This document shows positions 9,545-21,293 of a DNA stretch of 64,000 nt, piece after piece. Positions within the stretch are counted from its first letter, which is position 1. Each line of letters begins with the position of its first letter. Location of the stretch: assembly GCA_963725075.1 (NCBI GenBank), contig CAVRXA010000017.1:17573-81572 (forward strand), read 5' to 3'. The notes beneath the pieces are model-generated. The model saw only the letters and a list, made by a program, of their open reading frames with translations. It was not told the origin of the DNA and ran no database searches. This DNA comes from an uncultured Acidobacteriota bacterium. Lineage in GTDB: Bacteria > Actinomycetota > Acidimicrobiia > Spongiisociales > ZC4RG35. The position numbers and the translations under genes are program-made.

Positions 9545-10496
9545 AGACGTCGAAGCCCCGCTCGGCCATCCAGTCGTCGTTGAAGATCTTGGAGAGATAG
9601 CCGCGCCCGGAGTCGGGCAGGATGACCACCACCAACGCCCCATGGTCCTCCTCGGCCATCTGCAGCGCGCCGTGGGCGGCCATCCCACAGGAACCCCCGA
9701 CCAGGATGCCTTCCTCTCGGGCCAGCCTCTTGGTCATTGTGAACGAGTCGGAGTCATTCACCTTGATCCAGCGGTCGATCAGGGCCAGGTCCACAGTCTC
9801 GGGATAGAAGTCCTCTCCGACTCCCTCTACCGAGTATTGATGCACTTCGCTCTCGTCGTCGGCAGTGAAGATGGAGCCTTCCGGATCGATGCCGACCACT
9901 TGCACCCCCGGCTTTTGGTCTTTGAGGTACCGCCCGGCGCCACTGATGGTGCCTCCGGTGCCCACTCCCACCACCAGCACGTCGACATCACCCTCGGTCT
10001 GTTGCCAGATCTCCGGGCCGGTCGTTTCGTAGTGGGCCTGAGGATTGGCCGTGTTCGAGTACTGGTCCGGGTGGAAAGCCCCGTCGATTTCTTCGGTCAA
10101 CCTGCGAGCCACCCCGTAGTAGGAGTCGGGATGCTCCGGAAGGAGGTCGGTGGGGGTCACCACGACCTCGACTCCGTAGGCCCGGAGGAGATCCTGCTTC
10201 TCCTTGGAGACCTTGTCGGGAACGGTGCAGATGACCCGATACCCACGAACGGCCCCCACCAACGCCAGCCCCACCCCGGTGTTTCCCGAGGTCGGCTCGA
10301 CGATCGTGCCGCCCACCCCCAGCAATCCATCTCTCTCGGCGGCATCGATCATTGCCACGGCAATTCGCTCCTTGACCGAGCCACCCGGGTTCATGTGCTC
10401 GACCTTGGCCACGAGATTGCCTGGAGGGTGGATCCTGGAGAGCCTGATCAGAGGGGTGTTGCCGATGGCGGCGAGGATGTCGGGATGGATCTCCAT
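9543..10496 (-). CDS. PLP-dependent cysteine synthase / cystathionine beta-synthase family protein
   Basis: 317 aa. Motifs: KVEHMNPGGSVKERI (PLP-lysine motif), SGNTGVGLA and GVGTGGTISG. Confidence 0.88.
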   Translation of the reverse strand: MEIHPDILAAIGNTPLIRLSRIHPPGNLVAKVEHMNPGGSVKERIAVAMIDAAERDGLLGVGGTIVEPTSGNTGVGLALVGAVRGYRVICTVPDKVSKEKQDLLRAYGVEVVVTPTDLLPEHPDSYYGVARRLTEEIDGAFHPDQYSNTANPQAHYETTGPEIWQQTEGDVDVLVVGVGTGGTISGAGRYLKDQKPGVQVVGIDPEGSIFTADDESEVHQYSVEGVGEDFYPETVDLALIDRWIKVNDSDSFTMTKRLAREEGILVGGSCGMAAHGALQMAEEDHGALVVVILPDSGRGYLSKIFNDDWMAERGFDV

Positions 10497-10557
10497 GGGC
10501 GGGGCGAGGGTATCGCACCGGACGGCGCAGCTTGCAACGACTTCTAACCTTGCCGGC

Positions 10558-11451
10558 GTGACCCGGATCGCCCGTTACGCGTGGTTCACCCTCGTGTTCA
10601 ACGTCGGAGTGATCTTGCTCGGCGCCCTGGTCCGTGCCACCGGTTCGGGAGCGGGGTGCGGCAAATCGTGGCCCACATGTCAGGGGGAAGTGGTGCCCCA
10701 ACTGTCGGGTGCCACCGCCGTCGAGTTCACCCATCGCGCCGCCAGCGGAGCCGCTCTGTTACTCGTGGCGATCCTCGTCGTGTGGGTGTGGCGCCGCGTG
10801 CCCGCCGGGGAGCCGGCACGGACAGGCGCCGCGCTGTCACTGGCCGCCATCGTCGGGGAGGCATTGATCGGGGCGATGATCGTCCTCGCCGAGTGGGTTG
10901 CTGAAGACACCTCATTGGCTCGCGTGGTGGCGGTCCCATTACATCTCGTCAACACCTTGTTTCTCCTCGCTGCGCTCAGCCTGACGGCCTTCTGGCTGTC
11001 GGGAGGGCGGCGGCTCTCGATCCGTTCACATCCGGCAGTCTGGAGGTGGGTAGTGCTCGGGGGGTTGGCAATCGTCCTGCTCGCCGCCACTGGCGCCGTG
11101 ACAGCCCTCGCCGACACGTTGTTCCCCAAAACGGGGTCGGGGGGCGGCGAATCAGGAGAGGCCCATTTCCTCACCGACCTACGCATCGTCCATCCGGTGC
11201 TGGCCGTCGTCGCTGCCTCGATCGGCTGGTGGGCCTCGGGTCGGTTGGAGACACCGAGGTCGAAGGCTGGCAGGGCGCTGCCGTTGTTGGTCGGGTTGAT
11301 GCTGATATCGGGGGCTCTCAATGTCGCCCTCGGGGTCCCTGTGTGGATGCAACTCCTTCATCTGCTCCTCGCCGACGCCCTGTGGATCGCTTATGTCCTC
11401 GCCTCGGCCCAGGCGTTGCAGGTCCCCGCCGAGGTCGGTCAGCCCGTTTGA
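10558..11451 (+). CDS. ctaA: heme A synthase (COX15/CtaA family)
   Basis: Start placed at GTG 10558; the upstream part of the 415-aa track ORF is antisense to the cysteine synthase gene. The protein is multi-pass membrane with GSGAGCGKSWPTCQG and conserved His residues. Confidence 0.8.
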   Translation: MTRIARYAWFTLVFNVGVILLGALVRATGSGAGCGKSWPTCQGEVVPQLSGATAVEFTHRAASGAALLLVAILVVWVWRRVPAGEPARTGAALSLAAIVGEALIGAMIVLAEWVAEDTSLARVVAVPLHLVNTLFLLAALSLTAFWLSGGRRLSIRSHPAVWRWVVLGGLAIVLLAATGAVTALADTLFPKTGSGGGESGEAHFLTDLRIVHPVLAVVAASIGWWASGRLETPRSKAGRALPLLVGLMLISGALNVALGVPVWMQLLHLLLADALWIAYVLASAQALQVPAEVGQPV

Positions 11452-12215
11452 TGTTCGACCAACTGGCCGACGGGGTGTTCCGGAGACGCTTCGAATCGCT
11501 CGACCTCAACGTGGGCGTGGTATTCGGGGAGGACGGGATCCTGGTCATCGACACCCGGGCCTCCCATGTCGAGGCCGACGAGCTCCGAGACGAGTTGCGC
11601 ACGCTGACCTCGCTACCGGTGCGATGGGTCGTCGACACCCACTGGCACTGGGACCACACGTTTGGCAACGCCCGGTTCCCGGAAGCGGAGATCTGGGGGC
11701 ATGAGCTCTGCCGGAAGGCCATGGTCGATTTGGGCGAAACGATGAAGGAGGATGCTGCGGCCTGGCTCCCCGATCGGCTGGAGGAGATCGCCGAAGTCGT
11801 GATCACACCTCCGACCAGGGTCTTCGACACCGTCGCCGGAATCGACCTCGGTCCCGTCGTGGTCGACATGACCTATCACGGCCGGGGTCACACCGATGCC
11901 GACATCGTGGTGACGGTGGGCGAGGTGAGCTTCATGGGTGACCTTCTCGAGGAGGGGGCGCCCCCGGTGTTCGACGATGGCTTCCCGATGAGCTGGCCGG
12001 GCACCCTCGAGTCGGCCGCCGATATCGGATCTTCGATCATGGTGCCCGGGCATGGCGACACCCTCGATCGGGTCGGAGCCGCAGCCCAACTCGAGGAGAT
12101 CCAGGCGGTGGCAGATTTGGCCCGTCGCTGTCTCGAAGAGGGGCTGCCCGTCGCCGATGCCGCCGCGCTCGGCCCCTATCCCCCCGAAGTCATGACTTCG
12201 GCCTTGGAGCGCGCT

Positions 12216-12233
<18 letters not shown>
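11451..12233 (+). CDS. MBL-fold metallo-hydrolase
   Basis: ATG at 11451 overlaps the ctaA stop by 1 nt. Motifs: THWHWDH (HxHxDH) and HGRGHTDAD. Confidence 0.85.
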
Positions 12234-14195
<1,962 letters not shown>

Positions 14196-14285
14196 CGATG
14201 TCGAACGTACACGGTCCCGATTAGGGTCGCCGCGGCGAGAATTGACGGAGGGAAAGTGACCGATCGAGACATCCAGGCGCTCTAC

Positions 14286-14909
14286 ATGTCCGCCGAGCAG
14301 CGCTGGATGCAGGGCTGGCTTGCCGGCCCCACCATCGAGGGCAACCCCCTGCACCGGGGGGATCAGGCCCCCGACGTGGACGTGCTCGACGAGCACGGAG
14401 CGTCCGTGCCTCTTGCCGCGGTCTGGGAGAGCCAACCCGCCCTCGTCCTTCTCTGGCGTCATCTCGGATGCGGGTGTGGTCTGGAACGGGGGGAGCGTCT
14501 CAGCGAGGAGTACCAGGCGTACGTCGACTCCGGTCTCAATGTCGTGATCGTTGCCCCGGCCGATCTGGAGCGGGTGGCCCGGTACAAGGAGCGATATGAG
14601 ATCCCCGTGACGATGTACTCGGATCCCGGGTACACGGCGCACAAGGCATTCGGTCTCGGCCACTGGTCCCTGGAGCAAGCCCTCTACGACGCCCCGGATG
14701 AGTTCTGCGAGCTGTCGGAGGAGACCGGCCGTCAATTCCAGGAGGATCGGCGGTCACAAGGGAGGCCACTCGTCGACGATCCGTGGATGCAATCCGGTGA
14801 GTTCGTCGTGGCTCCCGATGGGAGGATACGAGTCGCCTATCTGTACAACTACTGCGCCGACTACCCCGACCCACGGGTCTTCACCACCGCCGGCCGCATT
14901 CTCGGGTAG
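14286..14909 (+). CDS. peroxiredoxin-like (AhpC/TSA-like) family protein
   Basis: Divergent from the thioredoxin-domain gene. [12 protein letters not shown] occupies the position of the redox motif. Start chosen at ATG 14286. Confidence 0.6.
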   Translation: MSAEQRWMQGWLAGPTIEGNPLHRGDQAPDVDVLDEHGASVPLAAVWESQPALVLLWRHLGCGCGLERGERLSEEYQAYVDSGLNVVIVAPADLERVARYKERYEIPVTMYSDPGYTAHKAFGLGHWSLEQALYDAPDEFCELSEETGRQFQEDRRSQGRPLVDDPWMQSGEFVVAPDGRIRVAYLYNYCADYPDPRVFTTAGRILG

Positions 14910-14920
14910 GGCAACGCTCG

Positions 14921-15416
14921 ATGAAGACGCTGTTACTGATGCGTCACGCCAAGTCGGACTGGGATGCCGACTACGGGTCCGATCACGATCGCCCGCTCAA
15001 CGAGCGCGGGCTGAGGAGCGCCCGGCTCATGGGCCGGGTCCTGGCTGAGGAAGGTCTCGTGCCCGATCTCATCATCAGCTCTACGGCGGTGCGGGCCAGG
15101 AGGACTGCAGAGCTGGCTGTCGAAGCGGGCAAATGGGGCAGCGAGATCCTTCTGGACCGATCACTGTATGACGAGGGAACGCGTGGGGTGCTGGCTGTCG
15201 GGGCGTCGGCCCCGGACGTGGACGGCCTCATGCTCGTCGGCCATCAGCCCACCTGGTCGATGCTGGTGTCGGCGCTTGACCGGGGAGCGGGCCGACATGA
15301 AGACCGCCGCGGTGGCCGTGATCGAGCTGGATATCGAATCGTGGGCCGAACTTCCCGATGCCTCCGGCACCTTGACCCGGGTGCTCGAGCCGAAGTCGCA
15401 TGACCGGGAGCGATGA
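14921..15416 (+). CDS. histidine phosphatase family protein (SixA-like), interrupted by an apparent 1-nt insertion
   Basis: LLLMRHAKSDW (RHG-type motif) and LVGHQP. The conserved C-terminus TGERADMKTAAVAVIELD... continues in the +1 frame (track ORF 15168..15416). The frame change is near 15275-15280 (gcgcttgacc). Confidence 0.72.
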
Positions 15417-15424
15417 GGCAAGGC

Positions 15425-15784
15425 TCAGCCGGCGTCGGTCTCCGCCATACGGGCCTTCACCAACGTCTCGACCAAGGTGGCAGGTAGCGGGGCGTCGACC
15501 TGGAACCTCACCGTGCCCTTGGCGGTGTCGTAACCGGCGAGCTCAGACTGGTGCGCCTCCATCACCGCCGGGCTCTGCACGTAGAAGGCGCAGTGGTTCT
15601 TCCCGGCGCCATACGAGACCAAGGGCCGCTTCTTGTAGTAGAAGGCGGGCACCCCGTAGCCAATCCGCTCCTCGGCTTCCGGGGCGGCGCCTCTGATGAT
15701 CTCACGGAGCTTTTGGAGAGCGGCGCGCTCATCGTCCGGCAGATTGGCGAGGAACTCGTCGACGTCTGGAGCTGGGCCCGTCAT
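15425..15784 (-). CDS. DUF1801 (YdhG-like) domain protein
   Basis: 119 aa. DEFLANLPDDERAALQKLREIIRGAAPEAEERIGYGVPAFYYKKRPL is the typical DUF1801 N-terminal pattern. Confidence 0.75.
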   Translation of the reverse strand: MTGPAPDVDEFLANLPDDERAALQKLREIIRGAAPEAEERIGYGVPAFYYKKRPLVSYGAGKNHCAFYVQSPAVMEAHQSELAGYDTAKGTVRFQVDAPLPATLVETLVKARMAETDAG

Positions 15785-15808
15785 GTCGTTCCTTTCGTTT
15801 AGATCAGG

Positions 15809-15834
15809 GGAACAAAGGGGTAGGGGAGGTTGTT
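15809..15834 (+). promoter_or_regulatory. candidate ECF (SigH/SigR-type) promoter, GGAAC-N18-GTT
   Basis: GGAAC at 15809-15813 and GTT at 15832-15834 with an 18-nt spacer, about 190 nt upstream of the sigma-70 gene. This is a consensus match only. Confidence 0.35.
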
Positions 15835-16022
15835 GTCATCTCCGGCAACCGTGTGTCGTCAAAGGACTACACCTGTGACCACGGTACAATGTGGGTCTCC
15901 CCGATCACGCAAAACGGCGCGAGCGTCGTGCAAAAGAGGGGGGTTCACAAACCACCCTGCATGTGTCATAGTTGGGCGTCCGGGAGATCTCTGCCCGACG
16001 GGCTCAGGAGGACTTGATTTAG

Positions 16023-17009
16023 ATGCCAGCCGCTGAAACGCGTACTGATAAGACCGAGAAACCACGCATCCGACTTCATTCGAAGCTGACGGATGAGCGC
16101 GGGCGTCTCACCACAGACCTGGTTTCCCAGTACCTGACGGCTATTGGCGAGTACGACCTTCTCACCGCCGAGCAGGAGGTCGAGCTGGCCCAGAAGATCG
16201 AGGCCGGCGAAGAGGCCGCCGAGAGGCTGGAGAAAGGCGAGTACAGCGGCAAGCGGGAGGAGATGGAGCTACGCCGGATGGCCCGTCGCGGCGCACAGGC
16301 CAAGGACGACTTCCTCACAGCCAACCTCCGGCTCGTCGTCGCCAACGCCCGTCGCTATGCCAACACCTCGGGGATCGACTTCCTCGACCTGATCCAGGAG
16401 GGCAACCTGGGTCTCATCCGCGCCGTCGAGAAGTTCGACTGGCGCAAGGGTTTCAAATTCTCGACTTATGCCACTTGGTGGATCCGTCAGGCCATCACCC
16501 GGGCCATCGCCGACAAGTCCCGAACGGTTCGCATCCCGGTCCATCTCCATGACACGCTGGCCGCGGTTCGCGCCGCACAGGCCTCGCTCAAAGCCGAGCT
16601 GGGGCGTGATCCCAGGCCCGAGGAGATCGCCGAGGAGGCAGGTGTCACCGCCGACAAGGTCGAACTCGCCCTGAGTGTCGCCGACACCGTCTCACTGGAG
16701 CAGCCGATCGGTGAGGACGGCGCCCAGTTGGGTGACTTCATCGAGGATGAGGACGCCGCCGACCCGGTGCAGATGACCGAGGAGATGGACGTGGCCAATT
16801 CCCTGCGCGTCTCCATCGAGCGTCTTCCCGAGCGCGAGGGCAGGATCCTCGCCCTCCGCTACGGCTTCTATGACGGTGTCCCCCGCACACTCGAGGAGAT
16901 CGGCGACGAGTTCAACCTCACCCGGGAGCGGATCCGCCAGCTGGAGAAGCTGGCCCTTTGTCGTCTCCGCCACCCTTCCTTCGGAATCCGCGAAGCAGAC
17001 CTCGTCTGA
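16023..17009 (+). CDS. RNA polymerase sigma-70 family factor (group 1/2, HrdB/SigB-like)
   Basis: Motifs: [35 protein letters not shown] (region 2) and [20 protein letters not shown] (region 4.2). Confidence 0.92.
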   Translation: MPAAETRTDKTEKPRIRLHSKLTDERGRLTTDLVSQYLTAIGEYDLLTAEQEVELAQKIEAGEEAAERLEKGEYSGKREEMELRRMARRGAQAKDDFLTANLRLVVANARRYANTSGIDFLDLIQEGNLGLIRAVEKFDWRKGFKFSTYATWWIRQAITRAIADKSRTVRIPVHLHDTLAAVRAAQASLKAELGRDPRPEEIAEEAGVTADKVELALSVADTVSLEQPIGEDGAQLGDFIEDEDAADPVQMTEEMDVANSLRVSIERLPEREGRILALRYGFYDGVPRTLEEIGDEFNLTRERIRQLEKLALCRLRHPSFGIREADLV

Positions 17010-17043
17010 TCCGCCGGTAGGCCGTCGCCTATCGTGACATCCG

Positions 17044-17418
17044 ATGCGTCTGGGTGATCTCGTCAGCAACAGTCCTCATGTCTGTGGTCCGGACACGACC
17101 CTGCTCGAGGCCGCGGTCGCGATGGAGGGGTCCGACATCGGCTCGCTGGCGGTCGTCGAGGGGCGGGAGCTGGTGGGGCTGATCACCGAGCGGGACATCA
17201 GGCGCACGGTCGCCGAGGGCATTGACCCCGGCACCACGGTCTCATCGATCATGAGCGGCGAGCCTGACACCTTTGATCCCGATCTCGACGTCTGGGATGC
17301 GGCGGCGTGGATAGCCGAATCGGGTTATCGCCACTTGCCGGTGATGGATGACGAAGGGTCCTTGCTGGGGGTGGTCTCGATCCGGGACCTTCTCAAGGCC
17401 CTCGTCGACACTGTGTAG
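17044..17418 (+). CDS. CBS domain pair protein
   Basis: 124 aa with two CBS-like repeats (GIITERDI-like LITERDIRR and VVSIRDLLKAL). Confidence 0.85.
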   Translation: MRLGDLVSNSPHVCGPDTTLLEAAVAMEGSDIGSLAVVEGRELVGLITERDIRRTVAEGIDPGTTVSSIMSGEPDTFDPDLDVWDAAAWIAESGYRHLPVMDDEGSLLGVVSIRDLLKALVDTV

Positions 17419-17434
17419 GACGCGGTCTATCGCG

Positions 17435-18312
17435 TCAGACCTCGGGCGGAGGGATGTAGCGGGCGGTGGTGAACTTGCCGCTGTCCACTTCGACGACCCA
17501 AATCGAGCCCTTGGAGCAATGGAAACGGGACTCGAGACTGAGGCCGGCCCACATCATCCGGTTGATCAGGCCGGGATCACGTCTCCGTGTGAGCTGATGA
17601 CCGCGTTGTAGCCGACCAGGTCATCGACCAGGGCGTAGGCGGCGTCGAGGTCAGGCTCCTCGCCGATCAGAGGCGATGTCTCGATCGGCGCCTTGATCAG
17701 CTTCGCCAATGGCTTGACCGACTGCACACATCTTTCGTAGGGGCTGGAGAGGATCCGCTCGATTCCGGCGTCCGCCAATGAGCTGGCGACGGCGTCGGCT
17801 TCTCGCCAACCCTTCTTGGTGAGCGAGCGGTCCTCGTCTCTGCCTCTCCACCTGGATCGATCGCCTGCGGTGGTGTGGCGGAGCAGGTAGAGGGTTCCGG
17901 TCTGGGCCAGCTTCTTCAGATCGGTTCCCTCGATCAGCTCCCGGTCCTGGTCGTAGCTCAGCTGGTCCAGCGCTTTGCGGGGTGATAGCCATTTCACTCC
18001 GTCGACTTCGGAGTTCTTGGTGAAGCCAGGACTTTCGGGGAGGGGCCTCATTGCATACCAATGCACTTCCTTGACGCCACCTTGGACTCGATATCGGGTC
18101 GCCCCGAGCGGGGCCACGATTCGGCAGCGGTAGCCGGTCTCTTCGAGCACCTCGCGGATCGCGGTCTCTTCCGGCGCTTCACCTTCGTCGGCCTTGCCCT
18201 TGGGAGGTGTCCAGTCGTCGTACTGCGGGCGATGGACGAGCAGGACCCGGATCTTGCCTTTGGACGTCTTGCGGAAGACGACTCCCCCGGCCGCACGAAT
18301 GAGTCGTGTCAC
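17435..18312 (-). CDS. NUDIX hydrolase fused to a SixA-type histidine phosphatase, interrupted by an apparent 1-nt deletion
   Basis: Nudix box GKADEGEAPEETAIREVLEETG, plus LLRHTTAG and SSHGDVIP. The conserved tail GLINRMMWAGLSLESRFHCSKGSIWVVEVDSGKFTTARYIPPPEV continues in another frame down to the stop at 17435-17437. The frame change is at about 17566-17575. Confidence 0.8.
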
Positions 18313-18338
18313 GGCGGGGACTCTAGATCCGGGAACCC

Positions 18339-18542
18339 CTAGCGCTCCAAGCGATTGGATGCCACCGCGTCATCGACCGAGACCGCTTCCCTGAGATCGA
18401 TGGTCACGGATCCACAAGAGAGGCACACCTGGCGCAGGATCCCACCACCCACGTGTCGCGGCGATCCATAGTGATGAAGACCTCGTCGACACGACGACTT
18501 GCGGTGTACGGACGAGACGTCTTCAGGGCGGAGGTGCGTCAT
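18339..18542 (-). CDS. small Cys/His-containing hypothetical protein
   Basis: 67-aa ORF, co-directional between the LOG-like and NUDIX genes. It contains C18, HH, and CLSC; the family is not recognised. Confidence 0.35.
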   Translation of the reverse strand: MTHLRPEDVSSVHRKSSCRRGLHHYGSPRHVGGGILRQVCLSCGSVTIDLREAVSVDDAVASNRLER

Positions 18543-18608
18543 GGGCGGTCATCAGGCTCACGATGGACATCCGAAAGTCAAGACACCTCCCAGGCAAGCT
18601 CGATCTGA

Positions 18609-19154
18609 CTAGTCAGACAGTCGGGCCAGGATGCGCTCGACGCCGTCGTCGACAGTGTCTGCCCAGACCACATCGTCCTCGAGGGCCCCATCCATGTCGA
18701 CCAAGGCCCGGGCCAGCGCCTTCCACCCCGGCCCGACGGCCACGCTGATCCTCGGCTCGGCCCCTGTCCGGCGAAGGATGTGGTTCGTGTTCCAGGAGAT
18801 GAGGAGCTCGGCGGCGGTGCCGATGGAGCCGGGCAACGCGAGGGTGGCCCTGGATCGCTGCATCATGATGTCGATTCGATTGGCCAGGCTCGACGCCTCG
18901 ATCAACTCGTGCACGAACGGGTTGGCCGCCGAGCGGTCGGGAAAGAGAACAGGCGCGGTGACCCCGATCACGTGGCCTCCGGCCACCGCCGCTCCGCTCG
19001 ACACTGCTTCCATCGTCCCGCCGTAGCCGCCGGTGATCACCGCGTATCCCGCCTCGGCGAGCCGGGTGCCCGCCCGACGAGCGTCCTCCCATTCGAGCGA
19101 CCCCGGTTCGGTCTGAGAGGACCCGAAGACGGCGACAGCTTCGGTGGTGGTCAC
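18609..19154 (-). CDS. LOG / TIGR00725 family Rossmann-fold nucleotide-binding protein
   Basis: Motifs VITGGYGGTMEA and LPGSIGTAAEL (PGGxGTxxE-like). It overlaps the upstream E1 gene stop by 4 nt. Confidence 0.8.
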   Translation of the reverse strand: MTTTEAVAVFGSSQTEPGSLEWEDARRAGTRLAEAGYAVITGGYGGTMEAVSSGAAVAGGHVIGVTAPVLFPDRSAANPFVHELIEASSLANRIDIMMQRSRATLALPGSIGTAAELLISWNTNHILRRTGAEPRISVAVGPGWKALARALVDMDGALEDDVVWADTVDDGVERILARLSD

Positions 19155-21277
19155 CCGGCCATCGCCTCGTTGATCCCCGACACAACCCGGTCCACATCGA
19201 TCAGAGCGTGGGTCTCGATGGCGAACTGAGGCCAGGGGACATCGAAACCGGTGACCCGGACGATCGGGCCCTGGAGGTCGTACAAAGCCCTTTCGGCGAC
19301 CACGGCTGCGACTTCGGCGGCCACTCCCGCCGATCCCTGGGGCTCCTGCACGAGGAGAAGCCGGCCCGTTTGCCTCACAGAGTCGAGCACCGTCTCCCGG
19401 TCCCAGGGAAAAAGGGTCCGGAGATCGATGACCTCGACCGACGATTCGACCCTGTTGGCGGCTTCGAGCGCAACGGGGACCATCCCGCCGTAGGTGACGA
19501 GGGTGAGATCGGCGCCGTGTCTCCTCACCCGGGCCCGGCCGATGGGAAGCGTGTAGTGCTCGACCGGAACCTCCTCTCTGCCAGCCCGGTAGAGAACCTT
19601 GGGCTCGAGGAAGATCACCGGGTCGTGACCGGTGAGAGCCGAAGCAAGCAGGCCTTTGGCATCGATCGGGGTGGACGGGCAGATGACCACGAGCCCGGGG
19701 GCGTGGACGAAATACGCCTCAGGTGAGTCGCAATGGTGCTCGTGGGCGCCGATGCCGGCCCCGTTGGGGAAGCGGACGACGACAGGGACCTCGGAATTGC
19801 CACGGGTGCGGAACCGATATCTGCCGAGATGACTGACGATCTGGTCGAAAGCCGGATACACGAAGCCGTCGAACTGAATCTCGGCCACCGGCCTGGCCCC
19901 GGCGAGAGCCATCCCCACGGCGGACCCGACGATCCCCGACTCGTTGAGCGGTGTGTCGATCACCCGGTCCTCGCCAAAACTCTGCTGGAGGCCTTCTGTC
20001 ACCCTGAACACCCCGCCGGTCAGGCCGACATCCTCGCCGAGCACGATGACACCCGCATCCCGTTCCATCGATTCGTGGAGCGCGGCGTTGATCGCCTCGG
20101 CCATGGTCATCGAGCGGGTCGGCCCTCCGGGGATGGCGTCCTGGCCGACGGACCAGATCTCGTCGGGGTCGAATTGAGTCGGCGGCTCGCCATGGGACCG
20201 CTGCATGGCGTGGAGTTGCTCGACGACATGACCCGGAATCCGGTGAAACCCGTGTCGGATCGCGTCGTCCCGCTCCGGTAGGGGCTGAGCCTCGATCTCG
20301 GTGATCGCCGCGGCGACGAGGTCGGAGGTCTCCATCGTCACTTTCTCCTCCACCGCCTCGTCCCACTCATCGCGTTCATGGAGAAACCGGCGCAGTCTCT
20401 CGATCGGGTCGCGCTGGCGCCACGACTCTTCCTCCTCGCGGGAGCGGTAGAGGGTGGGATCGTCGGCGGTGGCATGGGGGCCGTAGCGATAGGTCATCGC
20501 CTCGATCAGGGTCGGGCCATCCCCGTTGCGTGCCCGGGCGACAGCTTCCTGCGTAGCCAGATACATGGCGACGGCGTCCATCCCGTCCACCCGGACCCCG
20601 CCGAAGCCATACGCACCGGCCTTCTGGGCGATGGTCTCCGCGGCCGTCTGCTTCTCGTAGGGCACCGAGATCGCGTAGAGGTTGTTGGCGCAGATGAACA
20701 CGGTCGGGGTCTTCCAGACCCCGGCGAAGTTCATGCCCGAGTGGAAGTCCACTTCCGAGGTCGCTCCGTCCCCGAAATAGACGGCGGTGACGGTGCTCTC
20801 GCCCCTCAGCTTGGTGACGTAGGAGTACCCGACGGCGTGGGGGAGCTGACTGGCGATGGGGACAGAGACGATTCCGGTGCGGTACTTCTCCATGTCCCAT
20901 CGGCCATTGGGCAAACCCTTCCAGTAGGCGAGGAGCACCTCGATGGGGAGCCCGCGGGTGACCTGGACGCCGTGCTCCCGATAGGAAGGGAATACGAAGT
21001 CGTCAGGGTCGAGGGCCAATGCCGATCCGATCTGCACGGCTTCCTGCCCCTCGAGCATGGCGTAGGTCCCGATCCGGCCCTGACGCTGCAGGGCGAGCAT
21101 GCGCCGGTCGAGCTCACGGGACAGGACCATGTTGCGATACATCCGCTGGTAGAGCTCGGCGTCGAGCCCGGGGTCCTCGCCGACCAATCGGCCCTGCGGG
21201 TCGATTACCTGAAGTGTCGTCTCCAATTCCGACCCACCATACTTTCGGGCCGTCGCCCACCACCCGCGACCCACCAC
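19151..21277 (-). CDS. 2-oxoacid dehydrogenase E1 component, fused alpha and beta subunits (TPP-dependent)
   Basis: About 700 aa. The alpha part has YFGDGATSE...N (TPP motif) and the beta part has the transketolase-like Pyr and C-terminal domains. The real start may be TTG 21226, because the track start leaves only 16 nt to the divergent hisC. Confidence 0.9.
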   Translation of the reverse strand: MVGRGWWATARKYGGSELETTLQVIDPQGRLVGEDPGLDAELYQRMYRNMVLSRELDRRMLALQRQGRIGTYAMLEGQEAVQIGSALALDPDDFVFPSYREHGVQVTRGLPIEVLLAYWKGLPNGRWDMEKYRTGIVSVPIASQLPHAVGYSYVTKLRGESTVTAVYFGDGATSEVDFHSGMNFAGVWKTPTVFICANNLYAISVPYEKQTAAETIAQKAGAYGFGGVRVDGMDAVAMYLATQEAVARARNGDGPTLIEAMTYRYGPHATADDPTLYRSREEEESWRQRDPIERLRRFLHERDEWDEAVEEKVTMETSDLVAAAITEIEAQPLPERDDAIRHGFHRIPGHVVEQLHAMQRSHGEPPTQFDPDEIWSVGQDAIPGGPTRSMTMAEAINAALHESMERDAGVIVLGEDVGLTGGVFRVTEGLQQSFGEDRVIDTPLNESGIVGSAVGMALAGARPVAEIQFDGFVYPAFDQIVSHLGRYRFRTRGNSEVPVVVRFPNGAGIGAHEHHCDSPEAYFVHAPGLVVICPSTPIDAKGLLASALTGHDPVIFLEPKVLYRAGREEVPVEHYTLPIGRARVRRHGADLTLVTYGGMVPVALEAANRVESSVEVIDLRTLFPWDRETVLDSVRQTGRLLLVQEPQGSAGVAAEVAAVVAERALYDLQGPIVRVTGFDVPWPQFAIETHALIDVDRVVSGINEAMAG

Positions 21278-21293
21278 CCATTACCTTTGCTCC

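Noticed and set aside
10204-10557. N-terminal extension of the heme A synthase ORF
   Set aside because: The extension is antisense to the cysteine synthase gene and lacks CtaA-like sequence. GTG 10558 gives a normal-length CtaA.
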